A DNA stretch of 64,000 nucleotides from Candidatus Multivoradales bacterium (GTDB lineage: Bacteria > Acidobacteriota > Thermoanaerobaculia > Multivoradales > Multivoraceae), in the NCBI GenBank assembly GCA_965223325.1, contig CBDCWI010000002.1:3552001-3616000 (forward strand). The letters run 5' to 3'. The position numbers and the translations under genes were made by a program. How positions within the stretch are numbered: the stretch's first letter is position 1; every line of letters begins with the position of its first letter. Under the pieces are notes generated by a model. It was not told where the DNA came from. It saw nothing but the letters and a program-made list of their open reading frames with translations, and made no database searches. Below are positions 47,221 to 55,538 of this stretch, one piece after another.

Positions 47221-49103
47221 GACCTTGCCGTTCCGTTGGGCAGGTGCTCGTCGGCCCACCACTGCAACGACAAAAGGGTCCACAGTCCCCACTTGTCGTT
47301 GCTTCTACCTGCTAGATGGTCGTGCCAGTAGCGCTTGATCTCGTTGGTCTCGAAAAGGCCGCCCGGAAACAGGTCACGGCCGAGGAGGGTTGCTTCGGCG
47401 CGCTCGCGCAAGGGGCCTTTGAGCCACTCGCCAAGAGGCACTGCGAAGCCGCGCTTGGCGGTCGGGATGGACTCTCTTGGGATGTGCTCTTCGAGGAGTG
47501 AGCGCAAGAGCTGCTTGCGCGTCCCGCCGGCTACATGCCGAAGCGGATCGATGGCGAGACTGGCGTCGATGACCTCACGGTCGAGCAGAGGAACCCGCAC
47601 CTCCAGGCTGTGAAACATCGACGCCATGTCGACCTTCTTCAAGCAGCGCTGCATCTGGCCGTAGTACTCGGCCTTTCGCGCGTAGACGGCGAGGTTGCGT
47701 TCGTCCTCGTAGCCCGCAAAGTCGTAGATCTCGAGCTCTAGAGGCAAGGGCTCTGCAGCAAGCGCGGGTGAGAGGCGCTCGAGCGCCGGAGACTGGAGGC
47801 GCGAGTTGACCTGCAGGTAGTACTCAGCCGGGCTTCGGTGGGTGATGACGTCCGAGCGCTCTTCGAACGGTCCGTAGCGCCCGGATGCGTAGAGCGCCAG
47901 TCGAACCGGACGGGGCCAGCGAAAGTCACGCCCGTTTCTGAGCAGAGAGAGTGGCCGTTCGTAGCCGAAGAACAATTCGTCACCGCCGTCGCCACTCAGG
48001 CAGACGGTGACCCGGTCGCGGGCCAGACGGCTCACCATGAGGGTTGGCAGGATCGAGAAGTCGGCGAAAGGTTCGTGCTGTGCACCGACAACGTCAGAGA
48101 CCACACCGTCCAGGTCGCTGTCGGTGGTGTTTTCGATCACGTGATCGAGTCCGAGGGTTTGGGCGTAGGAAGCAGCGGTGGCCGCTTCGTCTTGTGCCCA
48201 CCCTGGACTGCCGATGGTGAAGGCCTGCAAGCGCTCACAGCGACCGTCGCGCGCGTAGGCGCTCACCAGAGTCGAGTCGATACCTCCCGAAAGAAACACC
48301 CCCACCGGAACGTCTGCCACCAGCTGACGGCGTACCGCACCTGTGATCGACTCGCGCACTCGGTCGATTTCCCCTTCGTTGACCGAGACCTCGCCCTGGT
48401 GCTGCGGCAGGCCCCACCAGGAGCCGTGGGTAGACTTCCCGTCGCTGCGGACCTCGAGGAAGTGACCGGGCTCGAGCTGGAAGGTGTGTTCAAAGAGACC
48501 CAGAGGCGGTGGAATGTGATGGAGCTGCAGGTACAAGCGCAGGACGTCGTGGCGCAGGCTGAGCTCCGGTAGCGCCGGTGTTCGAAGCAGCGCGTTGAAC
48601 TGCGAGGCAAAAGAAACCGCACCGGTTGCTGGATGGCGTGAGTAGTACAGCGGTTTGATGCCCGCATGGTCGCGCGCCAGCAGTAGGCGTTCTTCCTCTC
48701 GGTCGTAGTAGGCGAAGGCGAACATTCCGTTGAGGCGCTCGAGAGCGGCGCGGTTCCACAGCGTCAAGGCTTCAAGGAGCACTTCGCTGTCGGAGCGCGA
48801 CCGGAAACGAATACCCTGCGCTTCGAGTTCGGCACGTAGCTCGCGCCAGTTGTAGATCTCTCCGTTGAAAACCAGGACGCCGCGGTCGTTCTCCGACACC
48901 ATCGGCTGGTGACCTGCATCGCTGAGGTCGAGGATCGCGAGCCTTCTAAAGCCCAGTTGAAGATGGCCCCCAGGGTCTTCCCAGAAGCCCTGGTCGTCGG
49001 GGCCGCGTCGCCCCATCAGCTGTGCCATCTCGAAAACCGCACGCCGGTACTCGGGCTGCGAGGCAGCAGCATCCATGGTGTAGATTCCCGAGATTCCGCA
49101 CAT
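47217..49103 (-). CDS. asnB: Asparagine synthase-like glutamine amidotransferase
   Basis: MCGISG N-terminus, RGPDD, FNGEIYN, GMFAFA, FLSGGIDS, LSGDGGDELFFGY, SLEVRVPLLD, KRGFAVP. Confidence 0.93.
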   Translation of the reverse strand: MCGISGIYTMDAAASQPEYRRAVFEMAQLMGRRGPDDQGFWEDPGGHLQLGFRRLAILDLSDAGHQPMVSENDRGVLVFNGEIYNWRELRAELEAQGIRFRSRSDSEVLLEALTLWNRAALERLNGMFAFAYYDREEERLLLARDHAGIKPLYYSRHPATGAVSFASQFNALLRTPALPELSLRHDVLRLYLQLHHIPPPLGLFEHTFQLEPGHFLEVRSDGKSTHGSWWGLPQHQGEVSVNEGEIDRVRESITGAVRRQLVADVPVGVFLSGGIDSTLVSAYARDGRCERLQAFTIGSPGWAQDEAATAASYAQTLGLDHVIENTTDSDLDGVVSDVVGAQHEPFADFSILPTLMVSRLARDRVTVCLSGDGGDELFFGYERPLSLLRNGRDFRWPRPVRLALYASGRYGPFEERSDVITHRSPAEYYLQVNSRLQSPALERLSPALAAEPLPLELEIYDFAGYEDERNLAVYARKAEYYGQMQRCLKKVDMASMFHSLEVRVPLLDREVIDASLAIDPLRHVAGGTRKQLLRSLLEEHIPRESIPTAKRGFAVPLGEWLKGPLRERAEATLLGRDLFPGGLFETNEIKRYWHDHLAGRSNDKWGLWTLLSLQWWADEHLPNGTARS

Positions 49104-49290
49104 TTCTGAGATGTTATCAGAGGGCCCCCCCGGCCCAGGCCAGTGTCGGAACCCAAGAGGCGCGACCACGCCCCGGCTCTCGCTCGCGCGCCTCGGAGCA
49201 ATGGTCGCAGACTCCGTCGACGTTGCACGTTGCGCCCCAGGGCGCCCCCTCCGGGAAGCCCGCAAACAGAGCTCAACTGGAGGTCGGCGC

Positions 49291-49299
49291 TGCTATTCT
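49291..49299 (+). promoter_or_regulatory. Extended -10 element (TGcTATTCT) upstream of pckA
   Basis: TGCTATTCT ~70 bp before ATG 49367. Confidence 0.45.
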
Positions 49300-49366
49300 T
49301 TGCGCGCCCTCCGCTGCCTTGCTCGTGGGGTTTCCATCCAATGCCTACGATCCGCAGGAGCCCGCG

Positions 49367-50965
49367 ATGACCGCTCTCGCTCATCCCCCAAAGAACGTCC
49401 TGGATTTCCACCCTGACGGGATCTACCGCAACCTCGCGCCTGCGGCGCTCTACGAGCACGCCATACGGCGCGGTGAAGCCATGGTTGCCGATGGCGGGCC
49501 GCTCGTGGCAACCACCGGCGAGCACACCGGCAGGTCGCCAAAGGATCGCTTCATCGTGCGCCGCGACAACGACGAAAAGGGGCGTCTGGCCATCGACTGG
49601 GGCGCAGTCAACCAACCCTGCACCGCGGAAGCTTTCGACTGCATGTTCGAGAAGGTGCAGGAGTTCGTCGCTGGGCGCGAGATGTACAGCTTCGAGGGCT
49701 ACGCCGGCGCGGACCCGGCGAGTCGCATCAAAGTTCGGGTTCTCACCGAGTACGCATGGCACTCGCTCTTCGCCCACAACATGTTCTTGCGCGAAGACGA
49801 CCCCGCGAAGCTGGTGGACTTCGAGCCTGATTTCACGGTCATTGACACACCGTCGGTGCGCGCCGATCATGAAGCGCTCGGGCTCAACAGCCCGACCTAT
49901 GTGCTCGTGGACCTCGATCGACACCTGGTCTTGATTGGCGGCACTGAGTACGCCGGCGAGATCAAGAAGAGCATTTTCGGGGTGATGAACTGGCGACTGC
50001 CCCATGGCGATGTCCTCAGCATGCACTGCAGTGCCAACTACGGCGAGTCCAGAGACGACGTCGCCCTGTTCTTCGGGCTGTCGGGTACCGGCAAGACGAC
50101 CCTTTCCTCGGCTCCCAACCGCACCCTCATCGGTGACGACGAACACGGTTGGAACGATGAGGGAGTGTTCAATATCGAAGGGGGGTGCTACGCCAAGGTC
50201 ATTCGCCTCGACCCCGAGGCCGAACCGGCGATCTACGAGACAACCCGCACCTTCGGCACGGTGCTCGAGAATGTCGTCGCCGATCTCGACACCCGAAAGC
50301 TCGACCTCAACGACGATCGCTACACCGAAAACACACGCTCGAGCTACCCGTTGACACACCTCGAGAATGTCGACCTGGGGGGTGTCGCAGGTCACCCGCG
50401 TCAGGTGATCTTTTTGACCTGCGACGCCTTCGGGGTGCTACCGCCGGTTAGCGTGCTGGATGAGTCGCAGGCGATGTACCACTTTCTCTCGGGCTACACC
50501 GCCAAGGTCGCCGGCACCGAGCGCGGAGTCACCGAGCCGCAGGCCACCTTCTCGGCGTGCTTCGGTGCGCCTTTTATGCCGCTTGCCCCCGGGGTGTACG
50601 CGAAGCTGCTCGGCGAGAAGGTCAAGGCACACAACGCGGCGGTCTACCTGATCAACACCGGCTGGACGGCCGGCCCGCATGGCACGGGCCATCGCATCTC
50701 GCTGGCGGCAACGCGACGCATCGTCGAGGCGGCGCTGTCGGGTGAGCTGGTGGGTGCCGAGACGAGACGCCACCCAATCTTTGGTCTCGCCATGCCGACC
50801 GCCATTGCAGGAGTCGACAGCAACCTCCTCGACCCGCGTCGGACCTGGGCCGACCCAGCGCAGTACGACGAGCACGCCGGGCAGCTTGCCGGGATGTTTC
50901 GCGACAACTTCCGCCAGTTCGAGGGCACGGTCGCAGACACCGTGACCGCTGCCGGGCCGGTCTGA
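49367..50965 (+). CDS. pckA: Phosphoenolpyruvate carboxykinase (ATP)
   Basis: TGRSPKDRF, YAGEIKKSIF, MHCSAN, FFGLSGTGKTTLS, IGDDEHGW, NIEGGCYAK; AGGAG RBS. Confidence 0.97.
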   Translation: MTALAHPPKNVLDFHPDGIYRNLAPAALYEHAIRRGEAMVADGGPLVATTGEHTGRSPKDRFIVRRDNDEKGRLAIDWGAVNQPCTAEAFDCMFEKVQEFVAGREMYSFEGYAGADPASRIKVRVLTEYAWHSLFAHNMFLREDDPAKLVDFEPDFTVIDTPSVRADHEALGLNSPTYVLVDLDRHLVLIGGTEYAGEIKKSIFGVMNWRLPHGDVLSMHCSANYGESRDDVALFFGLSGTGKTTLSSAPNRTLIGDDEHGWNDEGVFNIEGGCYAKVIRLDPEAEPAIYETTRTFGTVLENVVADLDTRKLDLNDDRYTENTRSSYPLTHLENVDLGGVAGHPRQVIFLTCDAFGVLPPVSVLDESQAMYHFLSGYTAKVAGTERGVTEPQATFSACFGAPFMPLAPGVYAKLLGEKVKAHNAAVYLINTGWTAGPHGTGHRISLAATRRIVEAALSGELVGAETRRHPIFGLAMPTAIAGVDSNLLDPRRTWADPAQYDEHAGQLAGMFRDNFRQFEGTVADTVTAAGPV

Positions 50966-51029
50966 GGGAAGCAGGCAATAGGGGTTAAGCTGCGGTCTCC
51001 TGAGAACAGACTTTTGGAGAGCGCAGGCG

Positions 51030-52964
51030 ATGATCCCAGTGTCCCCCGAGGTGGCGAAGCGCGCCCATGTGGCGAGCATCGAGCAGTACCGCGAGCTCTA
51101 CCAGCGTTCGATTGCCGAGTCCGAGGCCTTCTGGCTCGACCAGGCCGAGCGGCTCGACTGGTTCCAGCGCCCTGAGCGGGCCGGGCGATGGGACTTCACA
51201 GTGCCCGACTTCGCCTGGTTCGAAGGCGGGAAGCTCAACGCCTGCTACAACTGCGTCGATCGCCACGCCCAGAAGACTCCGGAGCAGACGGCGATCATCT
51301 GGGCTCGCGACGAGCCCGGCGAGTACGAACACATCTCCTATCTCGTGCTGCAGCGCCAAGTCTGCCGGCTCGCCAACGTGCTCACGGCGCACGGTGTCAC
51401 CGCGGGCGACCGCGTTTGCATTTATCTGCCGATGGTTCCCGAGCTTGCGTACACCATGCTGGCCTGCGCTCGAATCGGCGCCATCCACTCGGTGGTTTTC
51501 GCAGGCTTCTCGGCCGAGAGTCTCAAACAGCGCATCGTCGATGCGGAGTGCAAGGTCCTGGTGACGGCCAACGAAGGCCTGCGGGGTAGCAAGAAGATTC
51601 CGCTCAAGGCGATCGCCGACGAAGCGACCGAGGGCCTTGATGTCGTCGAGCGCGTGTTCGTCGTCGAGCGAACCGATCTCGAAGTTCCGATGCGGGATGG
51701 TCGCGACTTTTCGCTCGCCGCCGAAATGGCGAAGCAGCGCGCGACGGCGCCGGTGGCCTGGATGGACGCTGAGTCACCGCTGTTCGTGCTCTACACCTCT
51801 GGGTCGACCGGTCAGCCCAAGGGGGTCCTTCACACCACCGGCGGGTACATGACCTACACCGCGACCACCCACGAGATGGTCTTCGATCATCACGCCGAGG
51901 ACGACGTGTACTTCTGTGCCGCTGACATCGGTTGGATCACGGGTCATAGCTACATCATCTACGGTCCGCTCGCCAATGGGGCCACGACGGTAATGTTCGA
52001 GTCGGTGCCGACGTATCCCGATGCAGGTCGCTACTGGAAAGTCGTCGACGATCTCGAGGTCACGATCTTCTACACCGCTCCTACCGCGCTGCGAGCCATC
52101 GCTCGCGAGGGCGATGACTTCGTCACCAACGCTTCGCGCAAGAGCCTCAAGGTTCTCGGCACGGTTGGTGAGCCCATCAACCCAGAGGTCTGGGAGTGGT
52201 ACTGGCGCGTTGTCGGTGACGAGCGCTGCCCGGTGGTCGACACCTGGTGGCAAACCGAGACCGGTGGCATTCTCATTTCGCCGCTACCAGGGGCGACCCC
52301 GCTCGAACCAGGGTCGGCGACGCTGCCGCTGCCGGGAGTCGAGCCGGTGCTGATGGATCCCGACGGCAAGATCATCGAAGGCAACGACGTTTCTGGGAAT
52401 CTCTGTATGGCGCGCTCCTGGCCAGGCCAGGCGCGCACCATTTATGGTGATCACGAACGCTTCGCACAGGTGTACTTTTCGACCTACCCGGGCTACTACT
52501 TCACCGGTGACGGCTGCCGGCGCGACGAGAACGGCTACTACTGGATCACTGGCCGAGTCGACGACGTGCTCAATGTTTCGGGCCACCGCATGGGCACCGC
52601 CGAGGTCGAAAGTGCACTCGTCGAGCACGAGGCGGTGGCCGAGGCCGCCGTGGTGGGCTTCCCGCACGAGATCAAAGGCGAGGGGATCTTTGCCTACGTC
52701 ATTGTTGGTCATGACCACGAGGACGATGACCCAGAGGAGCTAACTGATGTGTTGAGGCGTCAGGTGCGCAAAGTCATCGGACCGATCGCAACGCCTGATC
52801 GCATTCAGGTAGCACCTGGTCTTCCCAAAACGCGCTCGGGGAAGATCATGCGGCGCATTCTGCGCAAGATCGCTGCAGGTGAGTACGACCAGCTTGGCGA
52901 CACAACGACCCTGGCTGACCCAAGCGTCGTCGAGCGGCTGGTGGACGACCACAAAAAGGGTTGA
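51030..52964 (+). CDS. acs: Acetyl-CoA synthetase
   Basis: [48 protein letters not shown]. Confidence 0.97.
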   Translation: MIPVSPEVAKRAHVASIEQYRELYQRSIAESEAFWLDQAERLDWFQRPERAGRWDFTVPDFAWFEGGKLNACYNCVDRHAQKTPEQTAIIWARDEPGEYEHISYLVLQRQVCRLANVLTAHGVTAGDRVCIYLPMVPELAYTMLACARIGAIHSVVFAGFSAESLKQRIVDAECKVLVTANEGLRGSKKIPLKAIADEATEGLDVVERVFVVERTDLEVPMRDGRDFSLAAEMAKQRATAPVAWMDAESPLFVLYTSGSTGQPKGVLHTTGGYMTYTATTHEMVFDHHAEDDVYFCAADIGWITGHSYIIYGPLANGATTVMFESVPTYPDAGRYWKVVDDLEVTIFYTAPTALRAIAREGDDFVTNASRKSLKVLGTVGEPINPEVWEWYWRVVGDERCPVVDTWWQTETGGILISPLPGATPLEPGSATLPLPGVEPVLMDPDGKIIEGNDVSGNLCMARSWPGQARTIYGDHERFAQVYFSTYPGYYFTGDGCRRDENGYYWITGRVDDVLNVSGHRMGTAEVESALVEHEAVAEAAVVGFPHEIKGEGIFAYVIVGHDHEDDDPEELTDVLRRQVRKVIGPIATPDRIQVAPGLPKTRSGKIMRRILRKIAAGEYDQLGDTTTLADPSVVERLVDDHKKG

Positions 52965-53291
52965 GCCGCGCCGACGGACAGCGTTCTGCCCAGGCGGGAG
53001 AAAACGTTCGGCTTCGCGGAACATATCGACCGACCATCGATACCTGAGGCTTGACACGTTTCGGCTAGGAGCGGTGCGCGCTCGCCTCCTCCAGAATCTC
53101 TTTCGACTGGGAATCCCGGGGCACGATCGCCCCGTTCCAAGGCACTCCAACCGTAAAGCCCGTGTTGTCTCGGTGCGTTGGGCGTGATACATCCTGTGAC
53201 CTGCTTTAGCAGCAGCCAGACTTTCAGTCGTCGCTAAATGCGGCGGCGCAGAGACGTCGCGAAACACGGGAGGTGTCCCATGCCCTTCTAC

Positions 53292-53456
53292 CTAGTACTC
53301 CGTACCATTGAAACGGATAGTGACTGAGCGGATGATCGTGCTCGAGATCAAGGCGTCACGACGCAGGCATATGGTGATCTGTCGAGGAGTGACAACACAG
53401 AGATCGAGCGCGAGGACCGCGCAGACGCTGTGCGTTTCAATGGTACGGGGTACTAG
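53292..53456. mobile_element. MITE-like hairpin element, full copy 2 (165 bp)
   Basis: 24-bp terminal inverted repeat with 1 mismatch: CTAGTACTCCGTACCATTGAAACG / CGTTTCAATGGTACGGGGTACTAG; near-identical to 11667-11832. Confidence 0.85.
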
Positions 53457-53584
53457 AGCCCCCTGTGGGGGGAGGTCGGTGCAACCGCCGTTTCGGCAAT
53501 CGCCCGACTCCTCTTCGTGACGTCTGTGTTTTCTCGGACAGAACGTAGTTCGAGCGACTGGCGCACGGGGGTAGGCTCAGCCCT

Positions 53585-54046
53585 GTGTTGCACATCTTTG
53601 TCGATGCGGATGCGTGTCCAGTCAAGCAGGAGACCTACCGAGTAGCAGGCCGCTATGGTCTCGAGGTCACGCTGGTCGCGAACTCCTGGATAGAGACCCC
53701 CGTCGAGGACTGGATTCACCTCGAAGTGGTTCGCGACGGCTTCGACGCGGCCGACGAGTGGATCATCGAGCGCGTCAGCAAAGACGACATTGTCGTGACG
53801 GCCGACGTTCCTCTCGCTAGCCGGGCGGTGGCCCAGGGTGCCGAGGTCACCAGTCCCAGCGGGCGCCGGTTCACAGAGGAAAACATCGGCGATGCGCTAG
53901 CGACGCGTGACCTCTTGACTGAGCTACGCATTGGCGGCCAACGCACCAGCGGCCCTCCGCCGTTTTCCCGGCGTGACCGATCGCAGTTTCTCCAGACGCT
54001 CGACCAGCTCATCCAGGCCGTGCGCAAGCGGCACGGGCTCAACTGA
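53585..54046 (+). CDS. yaiI: YaiI/YqxD (UPF0178) family protein
   Basis: IFVDADACPVK, DAADEWI, DIVVTADVPLA, GPPPFS. Confidence 0.93.
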   Translation: MLHIFVDADACPVKQETYRVAGRYGLEVTLVANSWIETPVEDWIHLEVVRDGFDAADEWIIERVSKDDIVVTADVPLASRAVAQGAEVTSPSGRRFTEENIGDALATRDLLTELRIGGQRTSGPPPFSRRDRSQFLQTLDQLIQAVRKRHGLN

Positions 54047-54070
54047 GCTCGTCCGTTGCCCCCCGGGGTC

Positions 54071-54313
54071 TCAATCGACCTCGAGCACTGAATCGGTCGC
54101 CGTGTCACGCGTCACAGTGCACCAGCGCCGGCATCCAAAGGCGTGGAACCAGCGTTCCTGGACGGGCCCCTGGACGTTTGAATGCATGAAGCCGCGGTAG
54201 AGGTCGCGCTGGTCGGGGTCTGTCAGCGTTTTGGGAACGACCGGCACTTCACCGTAGGCGAACTCGTGCACCGGGCGACTTCCGCACTGTGGGCATTCGA
54301 TCCAGAGACTCAT
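54071..54313 (-). CDS. soxD: Sarcosine oxidase-like delta subunit
   Basis: IECPQCGSR..EFAYG..ERWFHAFGCRRW..RDT (Cys3His Zn site). Confidence 0.88.
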   Translation of the reverse strand: MSLWIECPQCGSRPVHEFAYGEVPVVPKTLTDPDQRDLYRGFMHSNVQGPVQERWFHAFGCRRWCTVTRDTATDSVLEVD

Positions 54314-54329
54314 TGTGGGCGCGTCCTCC

Positions 54330-55538
54330 TCAGTGGGTTCCAGCCGAACCGCGGTCGGCGAGGGTGCGATCGCGCGCAAACCGGTCGAGGGCAAACGGTG
54401 CGATGAGCGGCGGCGCTTTGCCGTCGTTGATGTGTCGCGCCATCTGTTCGCCGCCAGCGGGAATCGCTTTGAACCCCCAGGTGCCCCAGCCGGTCGTCAC
54501 CAGGAAACCAGGAACACCGGTTTCGCCAAGGATGGGCGAATAGTCGGGGCTCATGTCGCAAACACCGGTCCACTGCCGGAGCACGCGAAGGTCGCGAAGA
54601 AACGGTAACAGGGTCATTGCCCGACAGGCGCAGTTCTGCAGGAACGTGTGGTCGGAGCGGTACGAGTAGCTTGGCTGGCGGTCGATCTCAGCGCCCATCA
54701 ACATCTCGCCGCGCGCGGTTTGTGAGGCGTAGAAGAGTAGGTCCGAGGAGCTGACGAGTGCGTCGAACTGCAGTTGGTAGTGGTTGGTCACGAACGCCTG
54801 CAACGGGTGAGTGCGGATGGGAAGCATCACACCAGCCATCGTCGCCAGATTGGTGACATGGCCGCCGACCGCAGAAAGAACGACTCCGGCTCCAATCGAA
54901 CCGTTCGGTGTCTCCACGCCGGTGATGCGGTCGCCACTCTTGGTGAGTCCCGTGACCGGAAGGCGCTGGGCGACGTCGATGCCCTCAGCCATCGCCCCCT
55001 CGGCGTACGCCCACACCACACGATCGTGGCGGGCCGTCGCGCCCGGGGCGTGGAACGTGCCGCCCAGAATGGGCCACTTGCCGCCACCTGAAAGGTCGAG
55101 CTGCGGACAAATCTCGGCGATCTCTCGCGGTTCGACGAACTCCGTTTGCGCTCCGCAGGCGGTGTTGATCTCGGCCCGCGCGCGCTCGGCATCGACTCCC
55201 GCCTGGCTGTGCGCGAGCCACAGGAGACCCTTCGGCCGGTGCATCAAATCGCAGCCGGTCTCGTCTTCGAGGTCGCGGTAGAGGTCGACACTGTGTTGGT
55301 AGAAGCGCACCGCTTCGGGAATGCCGTAGTTCGAACGAATGACGGTCGTGTTGCGGCCCGAGTTGCCGCCGCCGATGTAGCTCTGCTCGAGAACCAGGAC
55401 GTCGGTGATGCCATGCCGCTTCGCCAGGTAGTAGGCGGTGGCCAGGCCATGGCCGCCGCCGCCAACGATCACGACGTCGTAGTTCTTTCGCGGCTCGCGC
55501 CACCGGAGCCGGACCTTCTTCTCCATGTAGGGGTTCAT
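54330..55538 (-). CDS. soxB: Sarcosine oxidase-like beta subunit (FAD)
   Basis: GGGGHGLATAYYLA, GGGNSGRNTTVIRSNY, ARHD, HPLQAFVT, GWGTWGFKA. Confidence 0.88.
   Translation of the reverse strand: MNPYMEKKVRLRWREPRKNYDVVIVGGGGHGLATAYYLAKRHGITDVLVLEQSYIGGGNSGRNTTVIRSNYGIPEAVRFYQHSVDLYRDLEDETGCDLMHRPKGLLWLAHSQAGVDAERARAEINTACGAQTEFVEPREIAEICPQLDLSGGGKWPILGGTFHAPGATARHDRVVWAYAEGAMAEGIDVAQRLPVTGLTKSGDRITGVETPNGSIGAGVVLSAVGGHVTNLATMAGVMLPIRTHPLQAFVTNHYQLQFDALVSSSDLLFYASQTARGEMLMGAEIDRQPSYSYRSDHTFLQNCACRAMTLLPFLRDLRVLRQWTGVCDMSPDYSPILGETGVPGFLVTTGWGTWGFKAIPAGGEQMARHINDGKAPPLIAPFALDRFARDRTLADRGSAGTH

Noticed and set aside
46069-49366. tRNA-Asn-integrated island containing GT4/asnB
   Set aside because: No integrase, and only a weak partial resemblance to the tRNA 3' end near 49245-49260
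53308-53520. 70-aa ORF MKRIVTERMIVLEIKASRRR...
   Set aside because: Lies mostly within the repeated hairpin element; a by-product of the repeat with no protein motif
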